In this document: piece by piece, positions 37,964 through 43,820 of the stretch
Layout: each line of letters starts with the position of its first letter
How positions within the stretch are numbered: the first letter of the stretch is position 1
Position numbers and translations under genes: made by a program
Source of the DNA: Paraglomus brasilianum
Taxonomy: Eukaryota
NCBI GenBank assembly: GCA_910592345.1
Contig: CAJVPI010000193.1
Span: forward strand, 1 to 43,820
DNA length: 43,820 nucleotides
Direction of reading: 5' to 3'
Notes under the pieces: model-generated
Databases searched by the model: none
What the model saw: the letters and a program-made list of their open reading frames with translations, nothing else
What the model was told of the DNA's origin: nothing

Positions 37964-39101
37964 GAGTCTTTGCAGAAATCATCATGTTGCTAACGGCCGG
38001 TCAACAACCTAATTTATTGTCGAACTACTACGATCGAATTATTGGTGACAATATTCAAAAGAATGCAGATGAAGATTTTTTGGATCGCTTCTCCATTGCA
38101 TCTGATTGTGTGCAATATTACATAACTGTTCCACCAGTGATACGCAACATTCCAATTATACGTCGATATACAAAATACCTACATAACAATCTGATGTGGA
38201 CCAGAAATTATGCGTGCAACTTGGTCAAGGAACGCAGAAAAGAAATAAAAAACCTCGGCATTGGAGAGAAGTCAGCATCCAATGTGTTAAATATTCTATT
38301 GCCATCAAACGGTATTCCAAACGAGAACGACAAAATATCCTTGACTGACGAAGAAATCGGAGATAATATAGTAGAAATGTTTAGTGAAGGAATTGATAGC
38401 GTATGTATTAATAGCATCGTATAATTTATTCTGTTTACTAAATGAAAACCCAATACTAATTAATTTTTTTAAAGCCTTCAAATACTCTGGCATTTATTAT
38501 TCATTGCGTTGGAGCTAATCCAGATGTTGAAAGAAGTATTATTCAAGAAATTAAGAACGTATTTGGAGATTTGACGGACTTGGTTATTACCTATGAAGAT
38601 TTAAATAAGCTTGTATATATAGAAGCGGTCATAAAAGAAGGTAACATTTTTAAAACTTTTATCGTGTTACTTTAACATTTATTAAATATGCGACCATTTT
38701 TAGTTCTGAGACTTAGGCCGGCAACATTGACAATCTCGCGCTTTTCGGCACATCGTGATCAATTTGACGGGTACGAAATTCCCTCATCGACACAAATTGC
38801 AATAAACGTCGTTGGTTTGCACAGGAATCAAAATTATTGGAACGAACCCGAAAACTTTAATCCCTCAAGATTTTTAGAAGACAACATTGGTAAAAACTAT
38901 AACAAAAATGCATTCATGTATTTTGGCGGTGGATTACGCGTGTGCCCAGCTAAACAGTTTGCAATGGTACAACTCAAAATGATGGTGGTTTTGCTTTATA
39001 GTAAATATACCTTTGAGGTAACCACCAAAGATCCTTCAACAAACTACAACGTTAATCTTCAATGCAAAGAGCTGATGACTAGAATTAAACACAGAAGATA
39101 G
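37964..39101 (+). pseudogene. 5'-truncated duplicate of the cytochrome P450
   Basis: Begins at the duplication junction inside P450 exon 1. It lacks the promoter, TM anchor and first ~200 codons, and there is an in-frame TGA at the junction. An ATG at 37984 would give a 326-aa spliced ORF. Confidence 0.88.
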
Positions 39102-39796
39102 GACTTAGAACAGCAGGGAAATATTTACGAATATTTTCATTTTATAGCGCATTTATTGTTATGTGAGACAAAATATATGCAGATAAATAAAACATTAAGA
39201 TTTATGAGCATAAAATAATTTATTATGTTTTTAATAAAGTGAACAAGCTGTCTATTCAAGTAACTTATGATAATAATGTCTGACCATTGTATTTGTTAGA
39301 CACCAAGAACGAGCCTAACCGTACACGATATTATTTATTCAAAAGTAGCTGCACTCAACGATCGTATACATGAAAACTAAATTAATAATCTTGCTATCAG
39401 TGAACTTATCATGGTGCTCGGTCGTAGATACAACGATAATGGAATAGTGGTTAAACTTGAAACTCTCGATAACAGAGGATTAAGAAAACAAAATGCGTAC
39501 AGCATCCCCTCTATAAACACATCCGGATATGACGGTTTTATCAGCAGAAGCGGTAGAGAGAAACAATGTTTACTAAAAATTGTAATTGCACTTTATGATG
39601 CCATGTTAATCATTATAAGCAATATCCTCGAGCTATCTATTCAGGAAGAAACCGTCTTTCTTTCATATCATAACACTGTATCATCTCGGATAAATTTCCG
39701 ACCGATTAGTATTAGTATCAGTATCTCCTGGTATCTTGTGTAACCATATACGATAAGCTACCGCACAGAAAACATACTTTTGCAAGCATCCACAAA

Positions 39797-41161
39797 ATGT
39801 CGAAAAGAATAGTTAAGAATATAAAACAAATATTTCATCATGTGCATCATCAGGATGGAGTTGAAAGAACACATTTTAGTCATAACGTATGGCGTGAACA
39901 AGATTTCAAATATGATGATGAAATTAAAGTGGGTGAATTGTATGAAAGAGTTGCCGCCGAACAAGGGTATGCTGATGCACAAAATAATCTTGCTGTGCGA
40001 TATTGTAAAGGAGTCGGAGTGGAAAAAGATTATCAAAAGGCATTTGATCTATTGCAAAAAGCTGCACACCAAGGGCTTGCCTGTGCACAATATAATCTTG
40101 GTGTATGTTATAGTAAAGCAGCCGGAGTAGAAAGAGATTATCAAAAAGCAGTTGAATTTTTTCAGAAAGCAGCCAATCAAGGAGATGCCAATGCACAATA
40201 TAATTTGGCTGTATTATATTACAAAGGGGCTGGAGTTGTTAAGAATGATCAGAAGGCTGTTGAATTATATCAGAAAACTGTTGAGCAAGGGCACACTAAA
40301 GCACAATATCATCTGGGTTGGTGTTATCTGAATGGAATAGGAACAGATAAAAATATTCAAAAAGCTATAGAACTGCTTCAAAATGCAGCTGAACGAGGAT
40401 ATTCAAAAGCACAATATCATCTTGGTATATGTTATGAATATGGTAATGGTGTAGACAAAGATGATGTGATGGCTACTGAATTGTATCAAAAAGCTGCCAA
40501 ACAAGCTGATGCAAGAGCACAATATAGGCTTGGTATGTGTTATGAAAACGGAACTGGAGTAGAAAAAAGTAATCAAAAAGCAGTTGAGCTATATAAAAAA
40601 GTTGCCAAACAAGGATATGCCAGAGCACAATATAGTCTTGGTTTATGTTATAAAAAGGGAATTGGGGTAGAAAAAGATGAACAAAAAGCAGTTGAATTGT
40701 TTCAGGCTGCAGCTATGCAAGGAGACATTGATGCACAATACAATCTTGGTGTATGCTATAATAGTGGAATAGGAATTGAAAAAGATGTTGAAATAGCAGT
40801 TGTATTGTATCAAAACATCACAAATCAAGGATATGTTGATGGACAATATAATCAAAGAATTACAAAGCAAACATACATTAGAGCACAATGTAATCTTGGT
40901 ATCTGTTATCAGAACGGAACTGGAGTAGAAAAAAATATCCAAAAAGCAGTTGAATTGTATCAAGCAGCTGCTGAACAAGGGTATTCCAGAGCTCAATATT
41001 ATCTTGGTGTTTGTTATGACTATGGGTTTGGAGTAAAAAAGGACATTGAGAAGGCAATTGAATTGTATCAAATGGCTGCTGAACAAGGAGATCCCTATGC
41101 ACAAAATATTCTTGGGACCTATGATTATAATGAAACTGGGGTAGAAAGGGATGATGACTAA
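39797..41161 (+). CDS. Sel1-like repeat protein, 454 aa (copy 2)
   Basis: Translation identical to 36518-37882. It retains the duplicated upstream region and the original 3' flank. Confidence 0.9.
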   Translation: MSKRIVKNIKQIFHHVHHQDGVERTHFSHNVWREQDFKYDDEIKVGELYERVAAEQGYADAQNNLAVRYCKGVGVEKDYQKAFDLLQKAAHQGLACAQYNLGVCYSKAAGVERDYQKAVEFFQKAANQGDANAQYNLAVLYYKGAGVVKNDQKAVELYQKTVEQGHTKAQYHLGWCYLNGIGTDKNIQKAIELLQNAAERGYSKAQYHLGICYEYGNGVDKDDVMATELYQKAAKQADARAQYRLGMCYENGTGVEKSNQKAVELYKKVAKQGYARAQYSLGLCYKKGIGVEKDEQKAVELFQAAAMQGDIDAQYNLGVCYNSGIGIEKDVEIAVVLYQNITNQGYVDGQYNQRITKQTYIRAQCNLGICYQNGTGVEKNIQKAVELYQAAAEQGYSRAQYYLGVCYDYGFGVKKDIEKAIELYQMAAEQGDPYAQNILGTYDYNETGVERDDD

Positions 41162-42344
41162 CAGTCAATATACCAAGTGCTCAATAAGAACACAACCATA
41201 CCAAATACTGCTTAACAAGGATACAGAACACTAATATGCAATGAGTCTTCAGAGTCCATAATGAATATATATATGGTGAGTGTATTGGTATTGATCTTAA
41301 TATAATAATAAGTTATTATCATACCATGATAATAATAATTATGTCTCTTGTTAAGTATATGGCAACATTCAAAAAGCTTGCCTTTATGAATTGGGAATAT
41401 GTTATTACTATTGCAGCAATATTTTAACACATAGTAAAGTTAAAGTTTTTTGTTTAGTATGCTGCAAACTAAATCAATTATCAACTGTAAGTCACTGTAA
41501 TATTAATAGTATTTTGTACAATACATTTGTAATGATAAAATGTTAATTAAGCATGAGTATGTAGGATATAGTATTAGGAATACCATAATTTTTGGAAATA
41601 AGCATACCTTCATTATATTGTTTACAAGATGCCTTATTGTCTTTAAAACACTGTATGGTTTACAAAAACATATCTTTGTTAATGGGTTGGGTGACCTGCC
41701 TATCTTAAAGCATAAACTTATGGGAATTGTTATAAATATTAGTTGACATTAATTAGAACTAATTTGCCTCAAAAATTCAGCACTATGAAATTTGGGTGGC
41801 CAACTTTTTGTCATTGTATTTATGACTTGTCTCGAAAAGTCCATCTCACACAAAATTAGAGGCATAATTACATTTAATATTGAAGTTTATAATACTTTAT
41901 CATAAGTAAAATATTTAATAATTAACAATTATTGGATAAATAAATAAAGATAGACTACTCATGGTTTTGGTGAATGTACTTTATTTATCACATAACTAGA
42001 GGACCCAATCCAAATGAACTAAACCATCCCCACCATGACCCTTACGACCTGATTTAAAGGTTGGAACCAAACAGTTAACATTGTATTTCTCTTTAGGTTT
42101 TTTCCAAACATAATCACGACCATCTCCCCAAATACTTCAAACCGGGATTCCCATTCCCCATGATGTAGATTGAGGACGAGATCTAGATCTAGGCAAGAGA
42201 TATAACACAATAAAGATGTTCTTCTGAAAAAAAATTTTGTATCACTTTATTTGCATGGCTTAATTCAGAAAGTCTCGTGACTTATGTCAGGGTGTACATA
42301 TGTTTGTATATGTTGTATGTAAATCCCGTCACTATTACTATGTA

Positions 42345-42904
42345 CAGGGGAATATCAAAAGTATTGCACGCTTTTATTTTTACTATATTGGAAAAAATTT
42401 TTACTCAAACCCCCCGAAAAATTTTATTTACTCAAAGTAAACATCAATATTTAATATTTCCTCCATTTGCAGCAATCACGACTTAAATTTGGTTGAGCAT
42501 GAATAATATCAAATTACGATATACTTTTGCAAAACCGCATTGCATTGTTCTTTACAGATCATACTTTCGAATTTATAGTAGCAAGCTCCGAAAACCCGTT
42601 GGAACTGTTGTGCGATGTTTTCTTATCATTTTTGCGATTGTTGTGTTCTTGGCTAGCTAGTTTTTTTATTATCATTATGTGGAATAAGCTCTCTAGCAAG
42701 ACTCATTTATGCGCCGAAGCAGAAATTGGGCTTTTTACTAATTAATTATTCTGCTCATAATGACACGCTATATTAAATTAACATTAATATTTTATTAAGA
42801 CAAGTGATACAGTAAGTGGTCCAAAAGTTGGTTTTTTTATTACATAGAAATTTTTTCCAATATCGTAAAAATAAAAGCGTGCAAGACTTTTGATACCCCC
42901 CCTG
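42345..42904. mobile_element. Tc1/mariner-type MITE (560 bp) with ~56-bp TIRs
   Basis: 42345-42400 (caggggaatatcaaaagtattgcacgc...ttggaaaaaattt) matches the reverse complement of 42848-42904 with few differences, and TA flanks both sides. The internal minus-strand TTIAKMIRKHRTTV resembles a Tc1 N-terminal HTH. Confidence 0.88.
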
Positions 42905-43016
42905 TAAATGCGGTTTTGGGGACCATGGACGGGATTTACATACAGACATATATTAATATATCACAAATACTGGCTTTATAAACCCAGACATAATAATAAA
43001 TCAAATCATATTTGTA

Positions 43017-43620
43017 CAGTGAACCCTCCATAAATGCACGCCCTTGGGAACGGAGGAAAGCGTGCATTTACAGAGTGTGCATTTAGAGAGGTAAGAATTT
43101 GATTGGCTGCACGTGAAATTAGGAAATAACTAAATATCTATTGTTAAAAAAGGTAGTCTGTCTTTCTTAGATTAATATATTTGTTAAGAGCTTTGATATT
43201 AATATGTTTAAATAGTTCCTCAGTATCGCTCTGTTGTTGTAAGAAATTATAAACTATTTCCAAACCTTTCGAAGCCTCGTTAACGCTGATTATTCTGGGC
43301 TCAATATCATCGGCTTCTTCATTATTGCTATAATAGGTAAATCTGACTGCTGCCTATATAATTCAACAAGTTCTTCATTGTCAGGAACTACATAAACCTC
43401 TTCTTCTTCTGGGTTATTTAGAAATTCTTCAATCGTCATATTATCGGGAAGGTTGAGGGATGTAAGAGTCGGTGGCGATAGTTGTAGTTCTGTAGTTGGA
43501 AGAATTTTCGATATAATCGGGGCACAGTAATTTCTCTTTGTCTATAACAAATTTTGTGTAATTCTTAATGTAACGCTATCGATATCACGTGAAGTCACGG
43601 GCGTGCATTTAGAAAGGGAA
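43017..43620 (-). mobile_element. pogo/Tigger-like DNA transposon remnant
   Basis: TA-CAGTGAACCCTC terminus at 43015-43028. The motif GTGCATTTA recurs near 43061, 43077 and 43603. The minus strand encodes an acidic transposase-like C-terminus (KILPTTE..NMTIEEFLNNPEEEEVY; ISVNEASKGLEIVYNFLQQQ). Confidence 0.65.
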
Positions 43621-43629
43621 GTTTATTAT

Positions 43630-43820
43630 GGTGGGGTTTTTTACTTCTTTGAGTAGTAGAATTTTCATTTCGCCAATATGCATCATGCTGAACTTTTGCA
43701 AAACCCAGCGTTTATATCTTTGATTCGCACTTGTGTCTGAACTGCTAAGGATTTCGATCGCCTGGTTTACGATTTCTTGAGTCAGAATGGCTTTTGCGCG
43801 ACGATCGGGTGATATATTAT
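43630..43820 (-). mobile_element. Fragment resembling the N-terminus of KRBA2/Ginger-like integrase proteins (runs off the window)
   Basis: Open minus frame NISPDRRAKAILTQEIVNQAIEILSSSDTSANQRYKRWVLQKFSMMHIGEMKILLLKEVKNP ends where the pogo-like sequence begins. The family resemblance is from memory and no catalytic motif lies in the window. Confidence 0.35.

Larger units (their letters stand above)
34685..41249 (+). repeat. Head-to-tail tandem duplication, 3,279-bp unit
   Basis: All ORFs recur at a +3,279 offset with identical translations (35409/38688, 36132/39411, 36518/39797). GAGTCTT occurs at 34685, 37964 and 41243, marking both ends and the junction. Confidence 0.97.

Overview
AT-rich eukaryotic genomic DNA with short GT-AG introns. 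The gene families point to an early-diverging fungus (Mucoromycota, most like Glomeromycotina/arbuscular mycorrhizal fungi or Endogonales); this is inferred from family content, not proven. Hand-spliced genes in order: a heavily disrupted helical-domain/RING-like/TPR/LRR pseudogene (-); a 158-aa Erf4/Golgin-A7-like membrane protein only partly visible in the ORF track (-); a 774-aa TKL-type kinase with repeated N-lobe-like modules and an HGN catalytic loop (+); the convergent spliceosome genes AAR2 (+) and SAD1/USP39 (-); a Kelch-repeat type I membrane protein with an 8-nt microexon (+); a GT49/LARGE-like glycosyltransferase (-) divergent from galactokinase (+); an 83-aa ORF (-); a cytochrome P450 (+); and an intronless Sel1-repeat gene (+). 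A 3,279-bp tandem duplication with a 7-bp junction microhomology doubles the Sel1 gene and creates a 5'-truncated P450. Intergenic DNA holds several Tc1/mariner/pogo remnants and MITEs (one nested), a foldback element and a probable LINE relic. I found no rRNA, tRNA or CRISPR. I cannot demonstrate a wholly new biological system. The strongest leads are sharp CpG deserts over repeat-domain receptor-like genes (even inside one intact gene), the RING-TPR-LRR / modular pseudokinase / Sel1 set of receptor-like genes, the apparently perfect duplication, and the AAR2-SAD1 pairing. All analysis was by eye, with no database searches.
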